A program made the position numbers and the translations under genes. Below are positions 20,689 to 30,162 of a DNA stretch of 64,000 bases, piece by piece. Source of the stretch: an uncultured Christensenella sp. (GTDB lineage Bacteria > Bacillota > Clostridia > Christensenellales > UBA1242); the NCBI GenBank assembly GCA_948466185.1, contig CAOJZM010000002.1, positions 66,573 through 130,572 on the forward strand, given 5' to 3'. The notes beneath the pieces are model-generated. The model worked only from the letters and a program-made list of their open reading frames with translations. It was not told the origin of the DNA and did no database searches. Positions within the stretch are counted from its first letter, which is position 1; the number at the start of each line of letters is the position of its first letter.

Positions 20689-23124
20689 ATGAATTATCAA
20701 AGTGGAACATTTTCAGACAGCATTGAGAAGGTGATAAAAAACGCAAGTAAATTTGCACTCAGATTTGGAAGCAACCTTGTGGGAAGCGAACATATTTTGT
20801 ATGGACTTGTATCGGTGCGTGAATGTCTGGGAGCAAAATTTTTGGCAGAGGAAGGGGTAACCGAACCAGCACTCTTTGAGTTTTTTGAGGAAAATTCGCC
20901 AGAGGATAATCTATTTGGTGATGAGGTTGAACTTACCCCAAGAACCAAGGATTTGTTTAGGATTGCACAGCAGATTGCTCTGCAGTTGAATCACTCATTT
21001 TTGGGCACCGAACATCTTTTGCTTGCACTGCTTTCAAGTCCAAGTTCGGTTGCATATAAAATTCTTGTAGGTCAATTCGGAGTGGATGTTGACGCCCTCC
21101 GAAACAAACTGGTTTCGGTCATGCGGCAAAATCCTTCAAAAGAAGAGAAGAAGGAAAATAAGCAGTCAGGAAGCACTCTTCCAGAAAAGCTTTTGGATAT
21201 GGGCACGGATATAACACTAAAAGCCAAAGAACATAAACTTGACCCTGTGATTGGCAGGGAAGAGGAAATTGAACGTGTGGTTGAAATTCTATGCAGAAAA
21301 ACAAAAAACAATCCCGTTTTGATTGGCGAGGCAGGGGTTGGTAAAACAGCGGTGGTAGAAGGCCTTGCACAAGCGATTGTCAGCGGTAATGTGCCTGAAA
21401 TACTTAAAGACAAGGTTATATACTCTCTCGAAATCGGGGGGCTTATGGCGGGTACAAAGTATCGAGGTGCAATGGAGGAAAAACTTAAAGACGCCATAGA
21501 AACCATTATTTCAAGCAAGAACATAATTGTTTTTATTGATGAAATACACACGCTTGCACAAGCAGGAAGCGAAAAGGGGGAAACTTCGCCTGCCGATATG
21601 CTTAAACCATATCTTGCACGTGGAGAGTTGCAAACCATTGGAGCAACAACCACTGACGAATATCGCAAGTTTATCGAAAAGGATAAAGCCCTTGAAAGAC
21701 GTTTTCAACCAATCATAGTTAATCCACCATCTGTTGAGCAAACTATTCAAATTTTGAAGGGCCTCCGTGATGCGTATGAAGCATTCCATAAAATCACAAT
21801 CACCGATGAAGCCATTGAAGCGGCTGCTGTTCTTTCTGACCGATATATTATGGATAGAAGCCTGCCAGATAAGGCCATTGACCTTATTGATGAGGCAAGT
21901 AGCAAGGCAAAAGTCAATTATACAGTAAAACCTCAACCAATACGAGATATTGAAGAAAAGATAAAATCACTTTCAGCGAGCCGTGATGAAGCGTCACTGC
22001 AGCGTAACTATGAAAAAGCGGCAAAGTTGCAATCTGAGATTATCAATCTTGAAAATGACCTTAAAAAGAAGAGTGATAAACTTAATATTAAACAAAAATC
22101 AGCGATTCAGGCTATTGGTGCAAATGAGATTGCTGAAGTTGTTGCAAAATGGACAGGAATACCGGTTACCAGAATAACAGAAAGCGAGAGGGAAAAACTT
22201 ATACATCTTGAAGATATTCTTCATAAACGTGTTGTTGGACAAAATGAAGCGGTGGAAGCGGTTGCTAAGGCGATAAGACGTAGTCGCGTTGGCTTGCAGG
22301 ATTCTAAACGCCCAATTGGGTCATTTCTCTTTATGGGACAGACGGGGGTTGGTAAAACCGAACTCAGCAAAGCGATAGCCGAGGCAATGTTTGATGATGA
22401 GAATAATATTGTGCGAATCGATATGAGTGAATATATGGAGTCGCATACGGTGTCTAAACTTATTGGGGCACCTCCCGGATACGTGGGCTTTGACGAGGGT
22501 GGTCAACTTACCGAAGCAATACGCCGCCGACCTTATAGTGTTGTTCTTTTTGATGAAATTGAGAAGGCTCATCCCGATGTCCTCAATTCTCTGCTTCAAA
22601 TCTTGGATGATGGCAGACTTACCGACGGGCAGGGACGAACGGTTAGTTTCAAAAACACAATCATTATAATGACAAGCAATCTTGGTGCAAAAGAGGTGAA
22701 AGAGCACCATAAATCTTTAGGCTTTGTTGATGGGCAGAAAGAGGAAGAGGTTGATTCCAAGAAAATCTATATGGATGCTTTGAAACGTAAGTTTAAACCT
22801 GAACTTGTCAACCGTATTGATGTTATTTGCATCTTTGATACTTTGTCACAAAATGATCTTATCAAGATTGCAAAAATTCTTATAACAAACATTAATAAAC
22901 GCTTGAAAGAAAAGAATTTATCTATCAAGATGACTGAAGAAGCTTTTGAATATATTGTTTCTCATGGCTCTAACGTTGAATATGGTGCAAGACCCCTTAA
23001 AAGATACATTCAACAGGAGATTGAGGACCAAATCGCTGAAAAGATACTGCTTGGCGAATTGAAAAATGCGGGCTGTATTGTCATTGATGCGAATGAAAAT
23101 GGACTTAATTTTGTTTCGGAATAA
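20689..23124 (+). CDS. clpC: ATP-dependent Clp protease ATPase ClpC
   Basis: Clp N repeats, two Walker A motifs (GEAGVGKT, GQTGVGKT), UVR middle domain, GAPPGYVG. Confidence 0.95.
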   Translation: MNYQSGTFSDSIEKVIKNASKFALRFGSNLVGSEHILYGLVSVRECLGAKFLAEEGVTEPALFEFFEENSPEDNLFGDEVELTPRTKDLFRIAQQIALQLNHSFLGTEHLLLALLSSPSSVAYKILVGQFGVDVDALRNKLVSVMRQNPSKEEKKENKQSGSTLPEKLLDMGTDITLKAKEHKLDPVIGREEEIERVVEILCRKTKNNPVLIGEAGVGKTAVVEGLAQAIVSGNVPEILKDKVIYSLEIGGLMAGTKYRGAMEEKLKDAIETIISSKNIIVFIDEIHTLAQAGSEKGETSPADMLKPYLARGELQTIGATTTDEYRKFIEKDKALERRFQPIIVNPPSVEQTIQILKGLRDAYEAFHKITITDEAIEAAAVLSDRYIMDRSLPDKAIDLIDEASSKAKVNYTVKPQPIRDIEEKIKSLSASRDEASLQRNYEKAAKLQSEIINLENDLKKKSDKLNIKQKSAIQAIGANEIAEVVAKWTGIPVTRITESEREKLIHLEDILHKRVVGQNEAVEAVAKAIRRSRVGLQDSKRPIGSFLFMGQTGVGKTELSKAIAEAMFDDENNIVRIDMSEYMESHTVSKLIGAPPGYVGFDEGGQLTEAIRRRPYSVVLFDEIEKAHPDVLNSLLQILDDGRLTDGQGRTVSFKNTIIIMTSNLGAKEVKEHHKSLGFVDGQKEEEVDSKKIYMDALKRKFKPELVNRIDVICIFDTLSQNDLIKIAKILITNINKRLKEKNLSIKMTEEAFEYIVSHGSNVEYGARPLKRYIQQEIEDQIAEKILLGELKNAGCIVIDANENGLNFVSE

Positions 23125-23228
23125 ATCAAAATATAAAACAGCAACTGTATTTGTTGCTGTTTTTGTATTGTTTCTGATATTGACTTTGTTTTTATATCAT
23201 GATATAATTTTGTTAGGAGAAAAGCCAG

Positions 23229-23822
23229 ATGAGAATTGAATACGGTGTGTTGCTTGATGGATATTGGAATATTGACAAAAACGTTCCATTTATCTCGCCA
23301 ACTAATGTACATACTATAGGCGCAAGGGCATTTGAAAGGGCTTATGATCTTAAAAAAGTCATTTTGTTGAATAAAGTAAGATTTATTGATACGCGTGCCT
23401 TTTCTGAATGTAAAAATCTGTATTCTGTCTGCGGTGAAGAAGTTCAAAGGATTGGTGATGGGGCGTTTCTGGGTTGTGAAAAACTTGTTGAAACAAATTT
23501 CAAACATGTAAAAAATATTGAACACTTTGCCTTCGCAAATTGCAAAGCCTTGCAATCTTTATATTTCCCTATTGTTGAGAGGATTGGAGCTTATGCTTTT
23601 ATAGGATGCGAAAGTTTGCAGGTGATGCATTTGCCAGAAACACTGAGATCAATAAGTAGCCATGCCTTTATGTGCTGTAAAAATTTAAGAAAGATTTATA
23701 TTCCGACAAACGCAATTGTGGAAGAAAATGCTTTTGAAGAATGTCCGAAGGGGCTTGAAGTTGTAAGGTATAGACCCCAAAGAGAAGCTAATAGAAAGAT
23801 GAATGATAGTGAGCATAGTTAA
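23229..23822 (+). CDS. BspA-type leucine-rich repeat protein (no signal peptide)
   Basis: Repeated IG-x-x-AF-x-x-C-x-x-L units. Confidence 0.85.
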   Translation: MRIEYGVLLDGYWNIDKNVPFISPTNVHTIGARAFERAYDLKKVILLNKVRFIDTRAFSECKNLYSVCGEEVQRIGDGAFLGCEKLVETNFKHVKNIEHFAFANCKALQSLYFPIVERIGAYAFIGCESLQVMHLPETLRSISSHAFMCCKNLRKIYIPTNAIVEENAFEECPKGLEVVRYRPQREANRKMNDSEHS

Positions 23823-23937
23823 AAATCAGCCAAGTCCATGGCTGATTTTTTAATAAAGCTTTTTATAAAAGACGATGAAATTGCTTTGAAAAAGTTTTAT
23901 TATTTGTTATCATAAATATATATAAGGAGGTAAATAT

Positions 23938-24474
23938 ATGAAAGTTGAAATCATTGAAAGAGGGAACTACAAGGCCAGCCAAAGACTTAAAAAAATTGTG
24001 GCAGATAAGTTAAATAAACTTGATAAATATTTCGATGAAGAGGCAAGAGCAAAAGTTATATGTCTTAAACAAGACAAGAAAGAAAAACTTGAAATCACGA
24101 TCACAAGCAAGGGCTTTCTTTATCGCAGTGAGGTGATAAGCCCAAATATGTATGACAATATTGACCTTGCACTTCCAAAACTTGAAACACAAATTGTTAG
24201 AGCAAGAGATAAGAAAAAAACAAAAACCAAGAAAAGTGTAAAATTCATGGAGGTCGTGCCATTTGAGTTCTTAAAAGAAGAGCCAGAAGAGCTTCCAGAA
24301 GTGTTTAAGAAAAAGACCTTCTCTCTTGACCCAATGCTTATTGACGATGCAAGATATGCAATTGAAAGACTTGGACATGATTTCTATGTGTTCTTAAATG
24401 CTAAGACTGGCAGAGTGAATGTCATGTATAAACGTAAAGACGGTAAACTTGGTCTTATAGATTTAAAATATTAG
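23938..24474 (+). CDS. hpf: Ribosome hibernation promoting factor (long HPF)
   Basis: KLNKLDKYF, MYDNIDLALPKLETQI, C-terminal LGHDFYVF...VMYKRKDGKLGLI. Confidence 0.92.
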   Translation: MKVEIIERGNYKASQRLKKIVADKLNKLDKYFDEEARAKVICLKQDKKEKLEITITSKGFLYRSEVISPNMYDNIDLALPKLETQIVRARDKKKTKTKKSVKFMEVVPFEFLKEEPEELPEVFKKKTFSLDPMLIDDARYAIERLGHDFYVFLNAKTGRVNVMYKRKDGKLGLIDLKY

Positions 24475-24486
24475 GAGGATAAAACT

Positions 24487-24726
24487 ATGTCAGGAAAAGA
24501 AAAGCAAAAGACAATTGCGGAAGTTGTGTGTGGGGCACTGAGCGGCGTTATTATGATACTTTGCGTGCTTGCATACTTAATTGTGGGCTTTACTGTGGGC
24601 GTATGGCATCCATACTGGCTGATTATTGTTGGTGGAGGATTATTCACAGCGATTATGAACATTGTTGCCGGCCTTGTGAAAGACGTAAAGCAAATTAAAG
24701 CCAATGAAAACAAAAAAGATGAATAG
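24487..24726 (+). CDS. Small 2-TM membrane protein
   Basis: AGGAGG RBS; two hydrophobic helices around WHPYW. Confidence 0.65.
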   Translation: MSGKEKQKTIAEVVCGALSGVIMILCVLAYLIVGFTVGVWHPYWLIIVGGGLFTAIMNIVAGLVKDVKQIKANENKKDE

Positions 24727-24750
24727 AAAAAAATAGATGGTGTTACGTAG

Positions 24751-25257
24751 ATGAAATTGGAAATTTTTAAGAATAAAAAACAACTTTATGATTGGCTGGA
24801 TATTGCTAAATACTCAAATTATCCAGAAAGTGAAAAAGAAAATAATATAAGAATTAGCCATTCTTTTTTGAAAGAAATAAAAACAAGTTTTTATTTTACA
24901 AGAAAATTTCATAAAAGCATCTGCATTAATGATGGCTTTTCAATTTTGTTAGCATTAATAAATGAGAAAAAAGAAATAATTGGCACAGCAACGATACGCA
25001 AAGATTATCATAAATCTTGTGCTTGCCAAATTAATAATGTTGCTATAAAAAAAGAATATAGAAGGCAGGGATTGGGACAAACTTTAATACACGAAATAGA
25101 AAAGTTTGTTGCTGAGCATTCTGAATATAAGTTAATAACTTTGACAACAGGATGTTCGAGGGGGTTTTACGAAAATATTGGAATGACATTAGCTGGAATC
25201 CTTAAATTTGAAGACTGTGAAAGATATTTCTTTTATAAAAATATAAATCGAACATAG
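24751..25257 (+). CDS. GNAT-family N-acetyltransferase
   Basis: VAIKKEYRRQGLG acetyl-CoA motif; GFYENIGM. Confidence 0.85.
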   Translation: MKLEIFKNKKQLYDWLDIAKYSNYPESEKENNIRISHSFLKEIKTSFYFTRKFHKSICINDGFSILLALINEKKEIIGTATIRKDYHKSCACQINNVAIKKEYRRQGLGQTLIHEIEKFVAEHSEYKLITLTTGCSRGFYENIGMTLAGILKFEDCERYFFYKNINRT

Positions 25258-25355
25258 ATATTTTGTATTCAAAAAAAACAACTCGTGAAACGCCGAGTTG
25301 TTTTTTGAGTTAACTGTTTTTTTAAAAGACGAAATAAAAAAGTGACGTTTGCCAC

Positions 25356-25628
25356 TTATTTTGATTTTTTTAAGTCGTCTAACATTTTTGCATAGTGTGC
25401 TTTCTTGCGGTTTGCACTGTTTGTGTGAATAACATTGTCTTTTGCAGCAGCATCCATTAAAGATACAACATCTTTGTAAGCGTTTTCTGCAAGGGCAACA
25501 TCTTTGTTTGAAACTGCAAGTTTAAATTTCTTTGCATAGGTTGAAATACGAGACTTGATTGCCTTGTTTTCAGCAGTTTTTTTCTCGATAACTTTAACTC
25601 TTTTTTCAGCAGATTTAATATTTGGCAT
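25356..25628 (-). CDS. rpsT: 30S ribosomal protein S20
   Basis: MPNIKSAEKRV...VIHTNSANRKK; AAGGAG RBS before the ATG at 25628. Confidence 0.96.
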   Translation of the reverse strand: MPNIKSAEKRVKVIEKKTAENKAIKSRISTYAKKFKLAVSNKDVALAENAYKDVVSLMDAAAKDNVIHTNSANRKKAHYAKMLDDLKKSK

Positions 25629-25727
25629 AATGTTCTCCTTAATAAATTTCTTAGGCAGTATATCATAAAGCAGGGGAATTTGCAAGCAAAATTTGATATT
25701 TTTTTATAAATTGTTCAAATTAATTTT

Positions 25728-26498
25728 ATGTTTGATTTAATTGATGAAAGTGGAAAGGATTTATCCCAGTATGGATATGCTGTGAAAACTCTTCCATGTG
25801 GCGATGCAAGCCTTGCATATTTGAAGGTTGACAGCCATGAAAAAGCGGAGCGGCTTGGCTTTTTCATGGGGGAATATTTTATCATAAACGCCCAAAAACT
25901 TTTGGAAAAAGACTATAAGAGTTTGGATTATCTTTCTGGCGTCTGTGCCAATGCATTAAAGCAGATTATAGAGCAAAAGTTGAATAATAAAAAGCACCAA
26001 AGGTGCTTACTTGTTGGGCTTGGCAATCCGGATATCTTGGCAGACTGCCTCGGTAAATCAGTGCTTGACAATGTGGATATTGAGGGCAAGAAAAATGTGT
26101 TTAAATTCTGTCCCAATATTTATGCACTCACGAATATTGAAACCTTTGATTTTGTCAGCTTTGTTCAAAATGGGGTTGGGGCCAACCTTATTATTGTGAT
26201 TGATTCACTTGCAACAAATGAGATTTCTCGTCTTGGCTGTTCCATACAAATAACCAGCACGGGAATTGCTGCGGGCAGTGGAGTGGGTGCAAAAAACAAA
26301 CGTATTTGTGAAGAAAATTTGGGGGTTCCCTGCATATCAATAGGAGTACCATTTATGATGTTTGCAAACTCGCTGGCTTCTGACGCACCGAAAGACCTGC
26401 TGTTGTCGCCAAAGGATATTCATGAAAATGTTGATGTTATGGCGTATATAATTGGCAAAGCAATAAATGAAATGTGGGGCACAAATGATGGAAAATAA
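25728..26498 (+). CDS. gpr: GPR spore germination endopeptidase (short form)
   Basis: LLVGLGN..ILADCLG, IIVIDSLA, IQITSTGI..GSGVG, LGVPCISIGVP, SPKDI; divergent from rpsT as in other Firmicutes. Confidence 0.85.
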   Translation: MFDLIDESGKDLSQYGYAVKTLPCGDASLAYLKVDSHEKAERLGFFMGEYFIINAQKLLEKDYKSLDYLSGVCANALKQIIEQKLNNKKHQRCLLVGLGNPDILADCLGKSVLDNVDIEGKKNVFKFCPNIYALTNIETFDFVSFVQNGVGANLIIVIDSLATNEISRLGCSIQITSTGIAAGSGVGAKNKRICEENLGVPCISIGVPFMMFANSLASDAPKDLLLSPKDIHENVDVMAYIIGKAINEMWGTNDGK

Positions 26499-26504
26499 CC
26501 CTTT

Positions 26505-26738
26505 TGTCATCCCGACTAGAATGCATTATATCTCTTTTATCATCTTGACAAAATTTTTTTAAAAAGTATTTCAACCAGAATTTTAAAATGTCATCCCGAC
26601 CGAAGTGGAGGGATCTTTTTTAAGTACGCTAGATCCTTCGACTCCACTGCGTTCCGCTCAGGATGACAGTGCGGGCTTGAACGTTGTCATCCAGACCAGA
26701 ATTTATAAAATGTCTTCCCGACCGAAGCGGAGGGATCT
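26505..26738. repeat. REP-like palindromic repeat cluster (TGTCATCC...GGATGACA type)
   Basis: Full hairpin unit 26589-26668; partial units start at 26505, 26685 and 26711; ~45-bp direct duplication at ~122-bp pitch. Confidence 0.75.
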
Positions 26739-26758
26739 AAAAGGACGATATAAAATTG

Positions 26759-26962
26759 TTATTCAACTCTTCCTGCGATATAGTCAAGACTAACTTGAAA
26801 ATAGTCAGCAAGCACAATAACCGCATCTAAGTTTGGCACACGCTTATTTAATTCCCAGTGACCAATTGCTCCTTTGGATATACCACACTCTTTTGCAAGT
26901 TGTACTTGTGTCAAACCTTTTTCTTCTCTTAACTCTTTTAATCTTTCTGGAAATTTGTTCAT
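26759..26962 (-). CDS. XRE-family HTH regulator
   Basis: RLKELREEKGLTQVQLA...IGHWE...P...LADYFQVSLDYIAG. Confidence 0.9.
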   Translation of the reverse strand: MNKFPERLKELREEKGLTQVQLAKECGISKGAIGHWELNKRVPNLDAVIVLADYFQVSLDYIAGRVE

Positions 26963-26986
26963 ATTTTTCTCCTTTTATAAGATTTT

Positions 26987-27058
26987 ACTACAAATGTAGC
27001 CAAAACGTTTGACAGGATCCAAATGTATGCGTATACTATCAAAGACTACAAATGTAGT
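26987..27058. promoter_or_regulatory. Three operators (ACTACAAATGTAGT consensus) at 29-bp pitch overlapping a sigma-A promoter
   Basis: ACTACAAATGTAGC at 26987, GATCCAAATGTATG at 27016, ACTACAAATGTAGT at 27045; TTGACA(27009)-17-TATACT(27032). Confidence 0.75.
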
Positions 27059-27084
27059 CAACAAAAATAAAGGGAGGTGAGATT

Positions 27085-27285
27085 ATGGATGCAAATTTTA
27101 GATTAAAGGAGGTCAGGCGTTCGAAGGCGATATCGCAAAAAGAACTTGCACAGCGAATAAATGTTTCGCAGGCTACTATTTCAAAGTGGGAAAACAAATT
27201 TATGGAGCCGAATTTGTTAAGGCTTGTTGACCTTGCTCTTGCTTTGAAAGTGTCGACTGATTATCTTATAGGACTTAAAGACTGA
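27085..27285 (+). CDS. XRE-family HTH regulator
   Basis: RLKEVRRSKAISQKELA..INVSQATISKWE...P...LALALKVSTDYLIG. Confidence 0.9.
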   Translation: MDANFRLKEVRRSKAISQKELAQRINVSQATISKWENKFMEPNLLRLVDLALALKVSTDYLIGLKD

Positions 27286-27326
27286 TTTCTTTGCATTAAA
27301 ATTAAATTATTACAAACACTTGGAAT

Positions 27327-27896
27327 ATGGATAGTTTATATTACCTTATTCCAATGTTTTTTATTATCCTTTTAACTGTCCCGCTCTTTATTCAACTGCG
27401 GGTTACTTTTCGTCTTGAAGATTTAAGCGGGGTCATTTGCCTATATATTTTTAAAATTAAAATTGTGTATTATATGTATCAGATTAAAGGTAAGAAGATT
27501 ATTCTGCAAAATGAGAAAAAGACCAAAGTAAAAGAGTTTGATTTTGACCCTAGTCAACTTGTTATTGCGCAAATCTTCAAAGCACAGCTTAAGGATAAAA
27601 CGCGGGTAAAGGAACTTTTTGTTTTTTACAACATTGGACTTGGCGACGCATTTTTATCCAGCATGGTTGGAGGTCTTATCAATGTCGGCGTACTAACCTT
27701 TTTCACAATGCTCAAAAACACAAGGCCTACGGCTTCAATGGGAATTTATGATACCATTTCTTACAACCGAGAAGTGTTTGAAGTTGCAGGGAAAGGAAGT
27801 GTCAGCATTTCTTTATTTGATGTTGTATATTCTTTGATAATGTCGGTTATTCTAATTAAGAAACTTGCGAAAGGAAACAAGGGGGAAAGAGCATGA
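27327..27896 (+). CDS. YtfI-like sporulation membrane protein (DUF2953-like)
   Basis: N-terminal TM, IGLGDAFLSSM motif, position upstream of ytfJ. Confidence 0.65.
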   Translation: MDSLYYLIPMFFIILLTVPLFIQLRVTFRLEDLSGVICLYIFKIKIVYYMYQIKGKKIILQNEKKTKVKEFDFDPSQLVIAQIFKAQLKDKTRVKELFVFYNIGLGDAFLSSMVGGLINVGVLTFFTMLKNTRPTASMGIYDTISYNREVFEVAGKGSVSISLFDVVYSLIMSVILIKKLAKGNKGERA

Positions 27897-28288
27897 AAGT
27901 TTACACAAATAATGAAACAATTTCAAATTTAATTGACGGAGCTATGGATAAACTTAAAGGTATTATCGATACAAGCACGGTCATCGGTGAGCGAGTGGAA
28001 ACCCCAGATGGCACCGTTATTATACCTATTTCCAAGGTTAGTGTTGGATATGTTGTGGGCGGAGGTGAATATGCTGACCTGTCTTCAAGAAGGGTGGCAA
28101 ATCATTTTCCAATGGCCGGTGGAAGCAGTGGTGGTATGAGTGTAACGCCGGTTGGATTTTTAATAGAAGCGAAAGGTGATGTTCAATTTATCAATGTTGA
28201 GAATAAATCACTTTATCAAACAGTTCTAAATATGTTCAATGCTTTTTTGGTTAAAGCAGAAAAGGATGTAAGTGATGAAGAAAACTAA
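27893..28288 (+). CDS. ytfJ: Sporulation protein YtfJ/GerW family
   Basis: DTSTVIGERVETPDGTVIIPISKVSVG..GGGE, GGSSGGMSVTPVGFL. Confidence 0.9.
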   Translation: MKVYTNNETISNLIDGAMDKLKGIIDTSTVIGERVETPDGTVIIPISKVSVGYVVGGGEYADLSSRRVANHFPMAGGSSGGMSVTPVGFLIEAKGDVQFINVENKSLYQTVLNMFNAFLVKAEKDVSDEEN

Positions 28289-29441
28289 ATCTATTTTATC
28301 ATTATCCCTATGTGTTTTCTTCGCATTGGCGTTTTTCTTAACTGCAATCTGTGGGTCATTGCTTTTAATCATGCAGCCGGCAGTAAAACTTACAAGTGCT
28401 GAAAGCTATACGTCAGCTAAAGCGATGTGTGTCATGGAAGCAAGCAGCGGCAGGGTGCTTTACAGCAAAAACATGGATGCCCAATTACCTATGGCAAGTA
28501 CCACAAAAATAATGACAGCCATAACCGCTATTGAAAATTGCAATGACCTTGATGAAAAATTTGAGATATCACCCAAAGCGGTTGGCATAAGTGGAACAAG
28601 TTTATATCTACGTAAAGGAGAAGCATTTTCTATTCGGGAACTTCTTTATGGATTAATGCTTATTTCTGGCAATGACGCCTCGGTGGCAATTGGAGAACGC
28701 GTTGGTGGAAACTGTAAAAACTTTATTGAGATGATGAACAGTACTGCGAAGAAAATCGGTGCGACAAATTCACACTTTGACAATACCCATGGTTTAGACT
28801 CTAAAACTCATTATACAAGTGCTTATGATCTTGCATTAATCACAAGCTATGCATTCAACAACGAAGTGTTCCGTGAGATTGTCAGCACCAAGAACACCAA
28901 AATTGTCAATGCTGAAGGCAAGACCAGATATCTCAAGAATAAGAATAGGCTTCTAAACAGCCTTGATGGGTGTAACGGCGTTAAAACTGGTTTCACTGAT
29001 GACGCTGGAAGATGTTTGGTTTCAGCTTGCGAGCGTGACGGCATGCAACTTGTGTGCGTGGTTTTAAATTGCGGGCCTATGTTTGAAGAAAGTGCAAGCC
29101 TTCTTGAAAGAGGATTTGCAGAATACAAAATGGTGGATATAACAAAAGATTATGACTTTGCAAAATTTGTGAAAATGGAAGATGGTATAAAGGAATTTGT
29201 GGAGGTTGGCACAAAGGAAAACTTCTCTTATCCAATGAGGGAAGGGGAAGAAAAGAAGATTGCTTACATCTATAAACTTCCAATCAGTTTGCCTAGTCCG
29301 GTTGAAAAAGATAAAGAAATCGGAGAAGTAAAAGTTTATTTCGGTAATGACTTGCTATTTTCTGAAAAAATATATACAATGGAAGATGTAAGGGGAAATA
29401 CCGTTTGGGAGAAAATTAAGGATATCTTCAAAAATTGGTAA
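28272..29441 (+). CDS. dacB: D-alanyl-D-alanine carboxypeptidase (S11, DacB/DacF-like)
   Basis: MASTTK (SxxK), SGN, KTG motifs; signal/anchor peptide. Confidence 0.85.
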   Translation: MMKKTKSILSLSLCVFFALAFFLTAICGSLLLIMQPAVKLTSAESYTSAKAMCVMEASSGRVLYSKNMDAQLPMASTTKIMTAITAIENCNDLDEKFEISPKAVGISGTSLYLRKGEAFSIRELLYGLMLISGNDASVAIGERVGGNCKNFIEMMNSTAKKIGATNSHFDNTHGLDSKTHYTSAYDLALITSYAFNNEVFREIVSTKNTKIVNAEGKTRYLKNKNRLLNSLDGCNGVKTGFTDDAGRCLVSACERDGMQLVCVVLNCGPMFEESASLLERGFAEYKMVDITKDYDFAKFVKMEDGIKEFVEVGTKENFSYPMREGEEKKIAYIYKLPISLPSPVEKDKEIGEVKVYFGNDLLFSEKIYTMEDVRGNTVWEKIKDIFKNW

Positions 29442-29454
29442 GTATGATTGTTAC

Positions 29455-30162
29455 ATGAGATTAAATAAATTTTTAAGTGGAAGCGGTGTCGCTTCAAGAA
29501 GAAAAGCAGACGAATTAATTTCGCAAGGTAAAGTTTCGGTTAATGGCAAGGTTGTAACCGAACTTGGTACTCTTGTCAGAGAAAAAAAAGATAAAGTTTG
29601 TGTTGAGGGGAAAGAGGTTAAACTTCCTTCCTCTTTTGTCTATATAAAACTAAATAAGCCTAAGGGTTATGCTTGTACAGCAAGTGACGAGAAGGGAAGA
29701 AAGACTATTTATCAGTTAATTAAATGTGAAGAAAGACTTTTTTCTGTTGGTAGACTTGATTATGACACTGAAGGCCTTTTGCTTCTTACCAATGACGGCG
29801 ACTTTGCAAACGCAGTTATGCATCCTTCTTTTCAAATAGAGAAAGAATACCGTGTCAATGTGGAAGGAGAGGTTAAGGAGAGTGAACTTGCCGTTATGCG
29901 TGCAGGGGTGGTTGTTGATGGCGTGAGAATGCCAGAAGCAAGGGTAAAATGGCTTGGATATGAGAATAAAGTGACAAAGCTTTCAGTTGTTATAGACGAG
30001 GGACAGAATCGTCAGATAAGGCGTATGTTTGAGGCCATTGGAAAATCAATCAAACTTTTAAAACGTGTGCGAATTGGGGATGTTAAACTTGGTGGGCTTA
30101 AGCGAGGAGATTATCGCGATTTGACCACTGAAGAACTTAATAGTCTTGTGAGGGGCAGATGA
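29455..30162 (+). CDS. rluB: rRNA pseudouridine synthase (RsuA/RluB family)
   Basis: S4 domain MRLNKFL..SRRKAD, LNKP, VGRLDYDTEGLLLLTNDG, EGQNRQIRRM. Confidence 0.88.
   Translation: MRLNKFLSGSGVASRRKADELISQGKVSVNGKVVTELGTLVREKKDKVCVEGKEVKLPSSFVYIKLNKPKGYACTASDEKGRKTIYQLIKCEERLFSVGRLDYDTEGLLLLTNDGDFANAVMHPSFQIEKEYRVNVEGEVKESELAVMRAGVVVDGVRMPEARVKWLGYENKVTKLSVVIDEGQNRQIRRMFEAIGKSIKLLKRVRIGDVKLGGLKRGDYRDLTTEELNSLVRGR

Noticed and set aside
17355-23555. Many 60-200 aa antisense or nested ORFs within tex, mcsB, clpC and the LRR gene
   Set aside because: Fully overlap well-supported genes; no RBS or recognisable motifs
26505-26738. CRISPR array
   Set aside because: Units are palindromic, partial and irregularly spaced; no cas genes in the window
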